Of a DNA stretch of 64,000 nucleotides, positions 9,966 to 19,046 are shown piece by piece. Source of the DNA: Nocardiopsis sp. NRRL B-16309 (GTDB taxonomy: Bacteria; Actinomycetota; Actinomycetes; Streptosporangiales; Streptosporangiaceae); assembly GCF_001279585.1 (NCBI RefSeq), contig NZ_LGEC01000103.1, positions 22,925 through 86,924 on the forward strand, in the 5' to 3' direction. The position numbers were made by a program, and so were the translations under genes. Each line of letters starts with the position of its first letter. Positions within the stretch are counted from its first letter, which is position 1. The notes beneath the pieces are model-generated. The model worked only from the letters and a program-made list of their open reading frames with translations, ran no database searches and had not been told where the DNA came from.

Positions 9966-10228
9966 CGGCCGAGCCGTCGCCGAGGCGCCCCGCCCACGGA
10001 CCAGCGACGCGTTCCCGCCGCTCAGGGGCCCGAAAGCACCGGACCACGCGGTGGCGCGAGGACGCCTGGCTAACCCGGGTGGGGCGGGCACTGGTCCTCC
10101 TGGGTCATGCGGGCGCGCCGCACCGCCGCGTAGCCTGGACACCTGGCGCCCCGTGGACCGGTATCCGTCGCATCCGGCCCGTCCCCGCGTGTTCCGGGGC
10201 GCCGACCCGCTCACGCGACGCCGTTCCA

Positions 10229-10257
10229 CCGTTCGGTGAGCGCGGCTCACCGAACGG
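10229..10257. terminator. perfect 13-bp stem / 3-nt loop hairpin CCGTTCGGTGAGC-gcg-GCTCACCGAACGG
   Basis: Seen directly in the sequence, about 260 bp downstream of the gamma-CA stop. No U-tract follows, so it could be an actinobacterial-type terminator or another RNA structure. Confidence 0.4.
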
Positions 10258-10409
10258 CGCGGACGCTCCTGGCTCCCCCGCCCGGGCGGGCCAGGGACCT
10301 GACCCAGACATCAGGGGAGGTGAGACCAGGTGGCGCTGTCCGGTGAGCGGATCCGCCCCGCCCCACCCCTCCTCCAGCGTGCGTTCCGGAGTACCCCCGG
10401 GAGGGCCCG

Positions 10410-10901
10410 ATGACCCACGGCGTTCCCCCGTATCACCGGCGGTCCCTGCACGACCACGTCGCCCTGGACGAGATCGAGCTCTACGCGGAGGTCCTCATCG
10501 CCGTGGCCGACGCCGACCGTCCGCTGCGCCCGGCCGAGATCGACCGGGTGCTGGGCCTGGCGCCCGCGCCGCCGCCCGCGTGCGTGCCCGGGTCCGCCGC
10601 GGCGGCGGACCCCGCGCCCACGAGCCGTGGCGACGAGCCCACCAGACCGCCGGGGCCGAGCGGCCCGACCGGCCCGCCCTCGCGCGTGCCGGGCAGGGGC
10701 CCCGACCCGGCGCCGCCCCCGCCGGACGAGCGGGAGTCCGACACCAGCCCGGCGCCGGGTTCGGCCCTGGTGCCGGAACCGCGCCCGCTGCCCGCGCCCC
10801 TGCCGGTCCCCGGCCCGCTCTGGAGCGCGCACCCGCTCGCCTTCGAGGTCCCGCTGCCGTCGGCGCCGCCGCCACCGCCGACCGCCCTCTGGGCGCATTA
10901 G
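10410..10901 (+). CDS. hypothetical protein with Pro-rich C-terminal half
   Basis: The ORF has a structured-looking N-terminus (LHDHVALDEIELYAEVLIAVADADRPLRPAEIDRVLGL). The remainder is Pro/Ala low complexity, so coding status is uncertain. Confidence 0.35.
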   Translation: MTHGVPPYHRRSLHDHVALDEIELYAEVLIAVADADRPLRPAEIDRVLGLAPAPPPACVPGSAAAADPAPTSRGDEPTRPPGPSGPTGPPSRVPGRGPDPAPPPPDERESDTSPAPGSALVPEPRPLPAPLPVPGPLWSAHPLAFEVPLPSAPPPPPTALWAH

Positions 10902-11277
10902 CGGGTGTCCCCCTGAAGGCTCACGGGTGAGCGGGCGGTCGTCAGGCCCTCTCTCGCACGACGATGTGCGACGTTCAGCCTGGTCGCGCCGCACGAGCGC
11001 GGAGGCGCGGCGACAGGCGGCCTGGCGGCCGCGAGCCCGCGGCGCTGCACGAAGCAGGACCTGGAGCCCGGGCGAGGCGCCGTGCCGGTCGCGGCGAGGG
11101 TGGCGAGTTCGCCGGACGCCCTAGCAACCGGGGCGTGAGGACGGCGTCAGTTCCGCCCGGGTCCGGGCGTCCTCATCCGGCCACGGCGCGCACGCTGCAC
11201 GGCGGCTACCGCCGGGTAGCACTCCTGGGGGCGCCCACACGCGCCCCGCGAGACGATCGGCCTCCCAGGAGCGGTAC

Positions 11278-12027
11278 ATGGACGAGTCGGACACACGGGA
11301 GCGGCGAGAGGCCCCGGGCGGCGCGGTGCCGGGCGGCACGGTACGCGGCGTGGACGGGAGCGAACCCGCACGGCGGGTCACCCGGACGGTCGCGCTGGCG
11401 GTGACCCTCCTGTTCGTCCTGGTCACGGTGGTCGGCGTGGGCTGGTTCCTGTCCGACGGCGGTCCGCTGTCGGGCGCCGGGTCCGACGACGCGGACGCCG
11501 GGGCGGAGGCGGCCGGAACGGACGAGTCCTCGGACGGATCCGGCCAGGACGGCGGCGAGCGGCCGACCACACCCGTGGCCGTGGGCGGCGACCGCCTCGC
11601 CTACACCCTGCCGGGCCGGGGGTGGCACCAGCTCGATGGCGACGGGGTCCCCGAGGAGTACACCTCGTACGCGGTCCACGGCTCCGACGACGACCCCGAC
11701 GCGCTCATCGTCACGGGGACACGGGACCTCAACGCCGTCGAACCCCTGTCGGTGGCCGGCACGCGGCTGGCCCTGGAGGCCGCGGTCCCTCTGCTCACGA
11801 GCGGCGGAACCCCGTGGGCCGAGCCCTCCGGGGAACGCGAGGTGGACGGCGCTCCGGCGTTCGGGGTGTCCGTGGGCACCGAGGGGGACGAGGGCGTCTA
11901 CGGCCGCTTCCTGCTCGTGGAGGTGGACGACGGGACCGGGGCGTTCATGCTCGGCGTCAACACCGCCGGCGGCGACGAGGCGACCGCGCACATCGACGCC
12001 GCCTTCGCCTCGGTCGGAGTCCGCTGA
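11278..12027 (+). CDS. hypothetical membrane-anchored protein (single N-terminal TM, acidic extracytoplasmic domain)
   Basis: Single TM segment (TVALAVTLLFVLVTVVGVGWFL) followed by a Gly/Asp/Glu-rich domain. The gene is convergent with the histidine kinase. Confidence 0.5.
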   Translation: MDESDTRERREAPGGAVPGGTVRGVDGSEPARRVTRTVALAVTLLFVLVTVVGVGWFLSDGGPLSGAGSDDADAGAEAAGTDESSDGSGQDGGERPTTPVAVGGDRLAYTLPGRGWHQLDGDGVPEEYTSYAVHGSDDDPDALIVTGTRDLNAVEPLSVAGTRLALEAAVPLLTSGGTPWAEPSGEREVDGAPAFGVSVGTEGDEGVYGRFLLVEVDDGTGAFMLGVNTAGGDEATAHIDAAFASVGVR

Positions 12028-12060
12028 CCGCGCGGCGCCGCACGGCGCCGCGCAGCCCCG

Positions 12061-13371
12061 TCAGGCGGTCGTGTCCGGAGCCTCCCCGCGCTCCGGGCCG
12101 TCCGGGCCCCGCACGCCGCGGCCCCAGCCGCCGCCGGCCGACGGACCGGACACCCCGAGCGGGATGATGGCGCGCAGGAGGAAGCCGTTGTCCCCGGTGC
12201 GCGCCGCGGAGAGCGCTCCGCCGCCCATGGCCACCCGCTCGGAGAGTCCCGACAGGCCGTTGCCGGAGGACAGGCCGTTCGCCTTGCCCTGCCCCCTGAC
12301 CCGGTTGTTGAACACCTCCACCACCAGTGTCTCCGACCCGGGGAGCACGTCCTTCGTGACGGAGAAGCCGATCCGGCACTCCGTGGCGTCGCTGTGCCGC
12401 AGGACGTTCGTGCCGCCCTCACGCACCACCCACGCCGCGAGCGCGGCCCTGTCGGCCGGTACCTCCGCCAGGCCGTCCAGCCCGGTCACGGTGACCTCGG
12501 TGCCGTTGGCCCGCAGGACCTCGCGCACCGACGCCGCCTCGGCGGCCAGGTCCACCTCCCGGTACCCGTTGACCGCGGACCGCACCTGTTGGAGGGCCTG
12601 TCTGGCGAGGTCCTGCACCTCCGCCATCTCCGCGACCGCGCGCTCGGGAGCGCGTTCCACCAGCCGGCCGGCCAGTTCGGACTTGACCGCGAGGGCGGAC
12701 AGGCTGTGCCCCAGCAGGTCGTGCATGTCACGGGCGAAGCGCAGGCGCTCCTCACTGACCGCGAGCTGGGCCCGAGCCCGCTGGCCGTTGACGGCGTCGA
12801 CGGTCAGGTCCCACATCCAGATGGTGACGAGGAAGCCGAGCGACAGGAGCCCCGACCAGAGGATGGCTCCCAGCCACACCAGCGCGAAGGGGACCAGATG
12901 GAGTTCCACGGAGCTGACCGGCCACAGGAGCCAGGGCGTGGCCAGGAGGCCGACCGTGACCAGGGCGGCGCGCCCGCGCGACCCGGCGAACACTCCGATG
13001 CACCACCAGGTGCCCAGCATGAGCGCCATCGTCACCGGGCTCTGGAACAGCGCGGCGCAGAGCACGGTCAGGCCCAGCGATCCCCAGTACGTCCAGGGGG
13101 AGATCTCCCGGATGCCGCCGTCGATCCCGATCCGCTGGCGGATCAGCATGATGAGCAGTACCGCGAGCGGGACCGCGAGGACCGTGCCCGCGACCGAGCG
13201 CCAGAGCGGGAGGCCCTCGTTCACCGCGGCCAGGACGTCCATGACCGGCCAGTACAGCAGGGTCAGCGGCAGCAGGGCCATCGACACGATGATGAGCCGC
13301 CGCGTGATGCGGAGCTTGCGGCCGTTCCTCCCGGAGGGATCGGTGTCGGCCACCGCCTCGTCCTGGTGCAC
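12061..13371 (-). CDS. sensor histidine kinase, NarL/LuxR-partner type (HisKA_3 + HATPase_c), no adjacent response regulator
   Basis: N-terminal TM helices are followed by an H-box (FARDMHDLLGHSLSALAVKSELA) and an ATPase domain (GGTNVLRHSDA). A GTG start at 13371 is chosen; ATG 13281 is an alternative. Confidence 0.8.
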   Translation of the reverse strand: MHQDEAVADTDPSGRNGRKLRITRRLIIVSMALLPLTLLYWPVMDVLAAVNEGLPLWRSVAGTVLAVPLAVLLIMLIRQRIGIDGGIREISPWTYWGSLGLTVLCAALFQSPVTMALMLGTWWCIGVFAGSRGRAALVTVGLLATPWLLWPVSSVELHLVPFALVWLGAILWSGLLSLGFLVTIWMWDLTVDAVNGQRARAQLAVSEERLRFARDMHDLLGHSLSALAVKSELAGRLVERAPERAVAEMAEVQDLARQALQQVRSAVNGYREVDLAAEAASVREVLRANGTEVTVTGLDGLAEVPADRAALAAWVVREGGTNVLRHSDATECRIGFSVTKDVLPGSETLVVEVFNNRVRGQGKANGLSSGNGLSGLSERVAMGGGALSAARTGDNGFLLRAIIPLGVSGPSAGGGWGRGVRGPDGPERGEAPDTTA

Positions 13372-13508
13372 GCCCACTCCGTTCGTCGATCGGTTCGCGG
13401 CGGGCCCGGTGGGCCCTCGTACGGCCGCGGGCGGCTCCGCCCCGCGGAACCGCCCGACGAGCGTAGTCGAGAACCCGCGGCCCAGGTCGGGGCGTCCGAC
13501 GCGCCCGG

Positions 13509-14414
13509 TCACGGCTGGCGCGGGTCCCACCGGAAGAACCGCCGCACCGCGAGCGCCAGGACCGCGATCCAGGCCAGCATGATCCCGATCGACGGCAGTG
13601 CCGCGGCCCACAGGCCCAGGTAGCCCTTCGACTCGGCGCCCGCGGCGCCGCCGAACACGTCGTACCCGGTGTAGGCGGCCTGCACGAGCTCGCCCGGGGG
13701 CACCGACGGGATCAGGCTGAAGAGCTGTCGCGCGCCCTCGGGCAGGGCCTCCAGGGGGATGATGCCGCCGCTCGCGAAGATGAGGATCATCATCGGCACC
13801 ATGACCGCCAGCTGCGCGCTCTCGGCGTTGCGGGCCAGCGGGGTCACGAGCAGGCCCATGAGCGAGAACGCGACGCTGCCCAGGAGGATGGCCACGACCA
13901 GCATCAGCGGGTCGCGCGGCAGCATCCCGTCCGGCATGGCCGCGATGAACCCGCCGATGAGGAGCGCGATCACCAGGGAGAAGACCGCCACGACCCCGAT
14001 GACGCCGCCGAAGATCACCGGCTGGCCCACGCCGCTGACACGGAACCGCTTGAGCGCCAGCGACTCGCGCCGGGCGGTGAACACGTTGGAGGCGTGGCCC
14101 ATGCCCAGGATGAGGCTGATGGAGCCGATGGAGCTGAGCATGGCCATCTCGCCCATTCCGAAGCCCGGGACGACCTCGTCCGCCGGCAGTTGCAGGGCCA
14201 TGAAGCTGAAGAACACGGGCAGGGCCAGGAACATCCAGGCCGTCTTGTAGCGCACGAACAGGGTGAACTCCATGCGGGTCAGGCGCAGGAGCTGCTTCGC
14301 GGTGCGGGGCGCGCGCCGCCGGGGAGTCCCGGGGGCGGAGCCGGATCCAGGTCCGGAGGGCGCGGGCGAGGCCGCGGCGGCGGTGGGCGTGCTGGGTGGT
14401 GGCGTCGTGCTCAT
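13509..14414 (-). CDS. ABC-2 type transporter permease
   Basis: Six TM segments with the ABC-2 family layout. ATG at 14414 is preceded by GAGGAGAAC. An upstream extension to 14609 would translate the intergenic tandem repeat and is less likely. Confidence 0.8.
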   Translation of the reverse strand: MSTTPPPSTPTAAAASPAPSGPGSGSAPGTPRRRAPRTAKQLLRLTRMEFTLFVRYKTAWMFLALPVFFSFMALQLPADEVVPGFGMGEMAMLSSIGSISLILGMGHASNVFTARRESLALKRFRVSGVGQPVIFGGVIGVVAVFSLVIALLIGGFIAAMPDGMLPRDPLMLVVAILLGSVAFSLMGLLVTPLARNAESAQLAVMVPMMILIFASGGIIPLEALPEGARQLFSLIPSVPPGELVQAAYTGYDVFGGAAGAESKGYLGLWAAALPSIGIMLAWIAVLALAVRRFFRWDPRQP

Positions 14415-14460
14415 GGTGTTCTCCTCGAAGCTCGGCCGGGGCGTCGTCGCCCGGCGGGGC

Positions 14461-14580
14461 GCGGGCCCCGTGGGTCGGGGTGTCATGGGGCGCGAGCCCG
14501 TGGGTCGGGGCGTCGCGCGGCGCGAGCCCGTGGGTCGGGGCGTCGCGCGGCGGGGTGCCGTGGGGGTCGCGGGCGCCGGT
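14461..14580. repeat. tandem repeat, 30-bp unit CGCGAGCCCGTGGGTCGGGGCGTCGCGCGG, 2 perfect + 2 degenerate copies
   Basis: Identical copies sit at 14491-14520 and 14521-14550 with degenerate flanking copies. The repeat lies in the gap between the ABC ATPase stop (14587) and the permease start. Confidence 0.85.
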
Positions 14581-14586
14581 TCCGTG

Positions 14587-15585
14587 TCAGCCGACGAGGT
14601 CGGCGGCACCGTCGGCGACCCGGAGGAAGACGTCCTCCAGGGAGGCGCCGCGCACCTGGAGGCGGCGCAGCACCGTGCCGCGGTCGCCGGCCCAGGCCAT
14701 GAGCGCGGCGACGGCGTGGTGCGCGCGCTCCGCCATGTCGCCCTCGGTCACGGTGTAGGTCGCCCAGAGCTCCTGGTCGTGGGCCTCCACGACCGCCTCG
14801 GCCCCCAGGACGGCGGGCAGGTCGCCCGTGCTCACCTCGTCGGGGACCACGAAGCTCACCCGGTCGCCCCATCCGGCCAGGACGTCCTGGAGCACGCCCT
14901 CCACGCGGACCTCGCCCCGGTGCATGATCGCGAGCCGGTCGGCGAGCCGCTCGGCCTCCTCCAGGTAGTGGGTGGTGAGCAGGACGGCCGTCCCCTCCCG
15001 CTTGAGCCCCTGGATGATCCGCCAGGTCTCGATCCGGCCCTCGGCGTCCATCCCGGTGGTGGGCTCGTCCAGGTAGAGCACCTCGGGCCGGGTGAGGAGG
15101 GCCAGCGCCAGGTCCAGGCGGCGCTTCTGCCCGCCGGACAGCTGCCGGACCGCGACCCCGGACTTGTCGACGAGGCCGACCAGGTCCAGGACCTCGTCGA
15201 CGGGTCGCGGGTCGGCGGCCAGGTCGTGGGCCACGGACATGGTCTCCTGGACGCTGAGGTCCTCCAGCAGGCCGCTGCCCTGTAGGACGGCGTTGGTGCG
15301 CTCGCGCACGCCGGCGGGCTGGCCGTAGGGGTCCTGGCCGAAGACGCGGACCGTGCCCGAGCTGGGGCGGCGGAAGCCCTCCAGGGTCTCGATCGTGGTG
15401 GTCTTCCCGGCGCCGTTGGTCCCGAGGAGCGCGAACAGCTCGCCGGGCCGGATCTCGAAGGAGACACCCCTGACCGCTTCGAAGGCGCCGTAGCGCTGGT
15501 GCAGGTCGCGGACCACGACGGCCGCGCCGCCGTCGCCGCCGCGGGGGGTGTCCTGGGCCTGGCCTGTGTTCTCCGTCGTCGTCAT
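14587..15585 (-). CDS. ABC transporter ATP-binding protein (DrrA/CcmA-like)
   Basis: Walker A (GTNGAGKTT), ABC signature (LSGGQKRR) and Walker B (VLYLDEPT) are all present. Confidence 0.95.
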   Translation of the reverse strand: MTTTENTGQAQDTPRGGDGGAAVVVRDLHQRYGAFEAVRGVSFEIRPGELFALLGTNGAGKTTTIETLEGFRRPSSGTVRVFGQDPYGQPAGVRERTNAVLQGSGLLEDLSVQETMSVAHDLAADPRPVDEVLDLVGLVDKSGVAVRQLSGGQKRRLDLALALLTRPEVLYLDEPTTGMDAEGRIETWRIIQGLKREGTAVLLTTHYLEEAERLADRLAIMHRGEVRVEGVLQDVLAGWGDRVSFVVPDEVSTGDLPAVLGAEAVVEAHDQELWATYTVTEGDMAERAHHAVAALMAWAGDRGTVLRRLQVRGASLEDVFLRVADGAADLVG

Positions 15586-15866
15586 GCCCCCAGACTCCCG
15601 GACGCGGCGCCCGGCCGACAGAGACCGCTGTCACCGCCTTCACCAGCACGTGTACCGGACCGATAGCTGACAAATGTCATGGTGGCCCGATGCCGCGCCC
15701 CGGGCGCGGCGCCCGTGCCTCGCGTTCGGACCGGCGATCCGATATGCCTGGAGGGCCATCGACCGCGCCGCCGACCGGAGAGGGCTTCCCCGTGAAGACA
15801 CCGTCCGTGCCCGTCCGCCCACCCCGGGCCGCCCGCGATCGCGGCCCCGCCGCGGGGAGGCCGACG

Positions 15867-16234
15867 TGTTCGATCTGATCGTCACTGCCGTCGGCGTGGC
15901 CACGGGCCTGGCCCTGGCGGTCTCCGCCCGGCAGGGGTCCAAGGCGCGGGAGCGCGTCTCCGCGCGGCTCGCGCGCGGCGAGATCTCGCGGCCGGAGGCC
16001 GACCGCGCCCGACTGGGCCTGCACCTGCGGAGCCGCGCCCTCGGCCGCGCCGCCACGGGGATCGTCCTGGCGCTGCTGGCCGCCATCCTGGTGCACGCGG
16101 CGGTCACCGGCCGCTGGGACGGCCGCACGATGTACTACGTGGTCCTGCTGGGCGTGCTCACCGTGTGGTGCGTGGCCGGGCTGCGCCAGTCCGAACGGCT
16201 GGTCGACGAGGCCCGGCGCGAGGACGGGTCCTAG
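15867..16234 (+). CDS. hypothetical membrane protein
   Basis: GTG at 15867 follows GGGGAGG. There are 3-4 hydrophobic helices. The call is low confidence because an overlapping antisense ORF also exists. Confidence 0.4.
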
Positions 16235-16318
16235 GACCGGGCCCGGGACGCGCCCTGGACGGGGCCCGGGACCGCGCCTGGACCGGTCCGGCGCGAACAC
16301 CCGGGAACACGCGGCGGA

Positions 16319-16344
16319 GGCCGGGCCGACGGTGCGGCCCGGCC
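16319..16344. terminator. GC hairpin GGCCGGGCCG-acggtg-CGGCCCGGCC between convergent genes, preceded by a 22-bp x2 direct repeat (16237-16283)
   Basis: Seen directly in the sequence. It lies just downstream of the Fe-S reductase stop at 16358. Confidence 0.45.
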
Positions 16345-16357
16345 CCCGGTGTCCGGA

Positions 16358-18568
16358 TCAGGCCTCGGCCTTCTCCTTCGCCTCGCCCGGGGCCGGGTTC
16401 TCGCCCTTGACCGAGCGCAGGAGGAGCTGGGAGACGTCCACGACCTCCAGCGACTCCTTGGCCTCGCCCTGCGACTTCTTCTCGTTGATCGCGTCGCCGA
16501 GCATGACCTGGCAGAACGGGCACGCGGTGGAGACGGTGTCCGGGTTGGTGGTCAGCGCCTCGTCCACCCGCTCGGTGTTGATGCGCTTGCCGATCCGCTC
16601 CTCCATCCACATGCGCGCGCCGCCGGCGCCGCAGCAGAAGCCCCGCTCCTTGTGGCGGTGCATCTCCTGCGTCTTGACGCCGGGGACCTTGGCCATGATG
16701 TCGCGCGGCGGCGTGTACACCTTGTTGTGGCGGCCGAGGAAGCACGGGTCGTGGTAGGTGATGTTCTCGTCGATGTTCTCGACGGGGATCAGCTTGCCCT
16801 CGTCCACCAGCTTGGCCAGGAGCTGGCTGTGGTGGACGACCTCGTAGGTGCCGCCGAGCTGCGGGTACTCGTTGGCGAGCGTGTTGAAGCAGTGCGGGCA
16901 GCTCGCCACGATCTTGGTGACGCCGGCCTCGTTGAGGGTCTCCACGTTCTGCTGCGCGAGCATCTGGAAGACGTACTCCATGCCCAGGCGGCGCGCGGGG
17001 TCGCCCGTGCAGGCCTCCATGCCGCCCAGGACGGCGAACTTCACGCCCGCGATGTCCAGCAGCTCAGCGATGGCCTTCGTGGTCTTCTTGGCGCGGTCCT
17101 CCAGGGCTCCGGCGCAGCCGACCCAGAACAGGTACTCGGTCTCCGGCGACAGCTTGTCGTCGACGACCTCGACCTCGACCGGGTTCTCCTGCTCGGCGAG
17201 CTCCTGGATCCAGTCCATCCTCTTGTCCTCGGCCATGCCCCACGGGTTGGCCTTGTTCTCGAGGTTCTTGAGGAGGGTGTTGGCCTCGGACGGGAAGTTG
17301 GACTCGACCATGACCTGGTAGCGGCGCATGTCGAGGATGTGGTCGATGTGCTCGATGTCGACCGGGCACTGCTCGACGCAGGCACCGCAGTTGGTGCAGG
17401 CCCACAGCTCGTCCGGGTGGATGACACCGCCCTCTTCCTCGGTGCCCACGAGGGGCTTGTTGAGGAGGGCGAGGACGTCGACGCCCGCGTGGCTCTCGTC
17501 GGGCTTCTCGGCGAGGGTCTCCTCGGTGATGCCCTTGAGCAGGTACGGGGCCTTCTCGTAGGCGTGCTGCTGGAGGTCGAGGATGACCTTCTTCGGCGAG
17601 AGCGGCTTGCCGGTGTTCCACGCCGGGCACTGCGACTGGCAGCGGCCGCACTCGGTGCAGCTGCTGAAGTCGAGCAGGCCCTTCCAGGTGAAGTCCTCGA
17701 TCTTGCCGGCGCCGAACGGGTCCTCGTCCGGGTCGGCCTCCTCGAAGTCGAGGGGCTTGGTGCCGCTCTTGTCCATCATCTGCTTGGCCGCGCCGTGCGA
17801 CGGGGCGCCGTCGGCCTTGCGCTTGAAGTAGATGTTGACCGGCGCGATGAAGCGGTGCCAGCCCACGCCCATGGTGAGGTTGACCGACAGCACCATGAAG
17901 AACATGTAGCTGATGATCAGCTTGAAGGCGGCGATCAGGGCGATCGCGGGTTCGGCGGTCGCCGCCTCGCCCGGCAGGAACGAGCCGATCGCGTGCGAGA
18001 TCGGGGTGGCCCAGACCGGGAACGGGAAGTCGTCCAGGGCGACCTTGAAGCCGCGGATCGCGAAGATCGCGATCAGCAGGCCGATGATGTAGGCCTCGAC
18101 GTAGTACGCCGTCCAGTGCTTGGAGTGCATGAAGCGGGACGAGCGGCCGATCCGCTTCGGGCTGTTGATCAGCCGGTAGCCGGTCAGGCCGAGGATGCCG
18201 ACGAGGCTGGCGCCCGCGATGATCTCGATGGCCAGGCCGTAGACCGTCCAGTCGTAGATGATCGGCAGGTGGAAGTGCGGGTCGAAGACCTCGCCCTGGG
18301 CCTCGATGACGGTGAAGACCAGCAGGGGGAAGGACACCATCACGAACCAGTGGGCCACACCGATCCACGGGCGCTTGAGCATCCGGCCGTGACCGATGAT
18401 CTCGATGAGCGTCATCGTGAGCCGCTGGCCGAACGGCCCCTTGCGTTCCGGCTCCACCGGACGGCCGATGCCCACTGTCCGCACGATCTGGCGAATGGCC
18501 AGACCGAACATGGTGAACGCGACCACGGCGAAGACCGAGGTGATGATGCCCAGTGTCAGGTACAGCAT
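16358..18568 (-). CDS. membrane-anchored iron-sulfur-binding reductase (heterodisulfide reductase-like, 2x4Fe-4S ferredoxin + CCG domains; Rv0338c-like)
   Basis: N-terminal TM bundle, then CxxCxxCxxxCP ferredoxin motifs (CTECGRCQSQCP, CTNCGACVEQCP) and Cys-rich CCG domains (CPHCF, CPFCQ, FCCGAGG). ATG at 18568 follows GGGAGG. The gene sits next to dnaK, as Rv0338c does in mycobacteria. Confidence 0.85.
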   Translation of the reverse strand: MLYLTLGIITSVFAVVAFTMFGLAIRQIVRTVGIGRPVEPERKGPFGQRLTMTLIEIIGHGRMLKRPWIGVAHWFVMVSFPLLVFTVIEAQGEVFDPHFHLPIIYDWTVYGLAIEIIAGASLVGILGLTGYRLINSPKRIGRSSRFMHSKHWTAYYVEAYIIGLLIAIFAIRGFKVALDDFPFPVWATPISHAIGSFLPGEAATAEPAIALIAAFKLIISYMFFMVLSVNLTMGVGWHRFIAPVNIYFKRKADGAPSHGAAKQMMDKSGTKPLDFEEADPDEDPFGAGKIEDFTWKGLLDFSSCTECGRCQSQCPAWNTGKPLSPKKVILDLQQHAYEKAPYLLKGITEETLAEKPDESHAGVDVLALLNKPLVGTEEEGGVIHPDELWACTNCGACVEQCPVDIEHIDHILDMRRYQVMVESNFPSEANTLLKNLENKANPWGMAEDKRMDWIQELAEQENPVEVEVVDDKLSPETEYLFWVGCAGALEDRAKKTTKAIAELLDIAGVKFAVLGGMEACTGDPARRLGMEYVFQMLAQQNVETLNEAGVTKIVASCPHCFNTLANEYPQLGGTYEVVHHSQLLAKLVDEGKLIPVENIDENITYHDPCFLGRHNKVYTPPRDIMAKVPGVKTQEMHRHKERGFCCGAGGARMWMEERIGKRINTERVDEALTTNPDTVSTACPFCQVMLGDAINEKKSQGEAKESLEVVDVSQLLLRSVKGENPAPGEAKEKAEA

Positions 18569-18954
18569 CGTCCGTGGCCTCCCATCCTGCTTCGTCGTCC
18601 GGTGCGCCACACACCGGCGGTCGAGACATATGTTACTAGCGAGTAATGGTGCGGCCGTCATCGGCCATCGCATGCGGGCCCCAACGCTAGCCAGCGCCAT
18701 CGCTACGAAATCACGCGGGTACACCCGAGTTGACTCCGAACACACCCCACACACCTATGTGTAGCGGACGCCCGGGGCGAAACGGCGCACGCGGGCATCG
18801 GTGATGCCACCGGTCGGGGCACCCTGACCCGCCCCTGAGGCGCCCCTGGTCTTCGGGTCAAGGATCTCCCTGGCTTCTCCCATCTTCCCGGTGAAGGACC
18901 CGCAGGCCGGGAACATCCCCGCCCGGCCGTCCGTTGTCAGGACGTAGGAACCAA

Positions 18955-19027
18955 CTTGAGTCTGGTCGACTCAATTGACTTGACAGCTTCCGTCGGGCGA
19001 AGCAAACTTGTGCCCGAACGACTCAAC
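18955..19027. promoter_or_regulatory. two HspR-associated inverted repeats (HAIR) and an overlapping -35 (TTGACT/TTGACA) upstream of dnaK
   Basis: CTTGAGT-ctggtcg-ACTCAAT lies at 18955-18975 and CTTGTGC-ccgaacg-ACTCAAC at 19007-19027. Both match the consensus CTTGAGT-N7-ACTCAAG. Confidence 0.85.
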
Positions 19028-19046
19028 TTTGACGGAGGTAGCAACC

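Noticed and set aside
10964-11277. Small ORFs in the gap before the 11278 gene (for example 10964-11404 + and 11121-11570 -)
   Set aside because: They are Arg-rich low-complexity translations that overlap each other, with no RBS or domain. Likely noncoding.
14461-14609. Thr/Pro/Arg-rich N-terminal extension of the ABC-2 permease (RATPRPTGSR repeats)
   Set aside because: It is a translation of the 30-bp DNA tandem repeat. A strong RBS (GAGGAG) precedes ATG 14414, and the extension would overlap the ATPase gene. It is treated as noncoding repeat, though not fully excluded.
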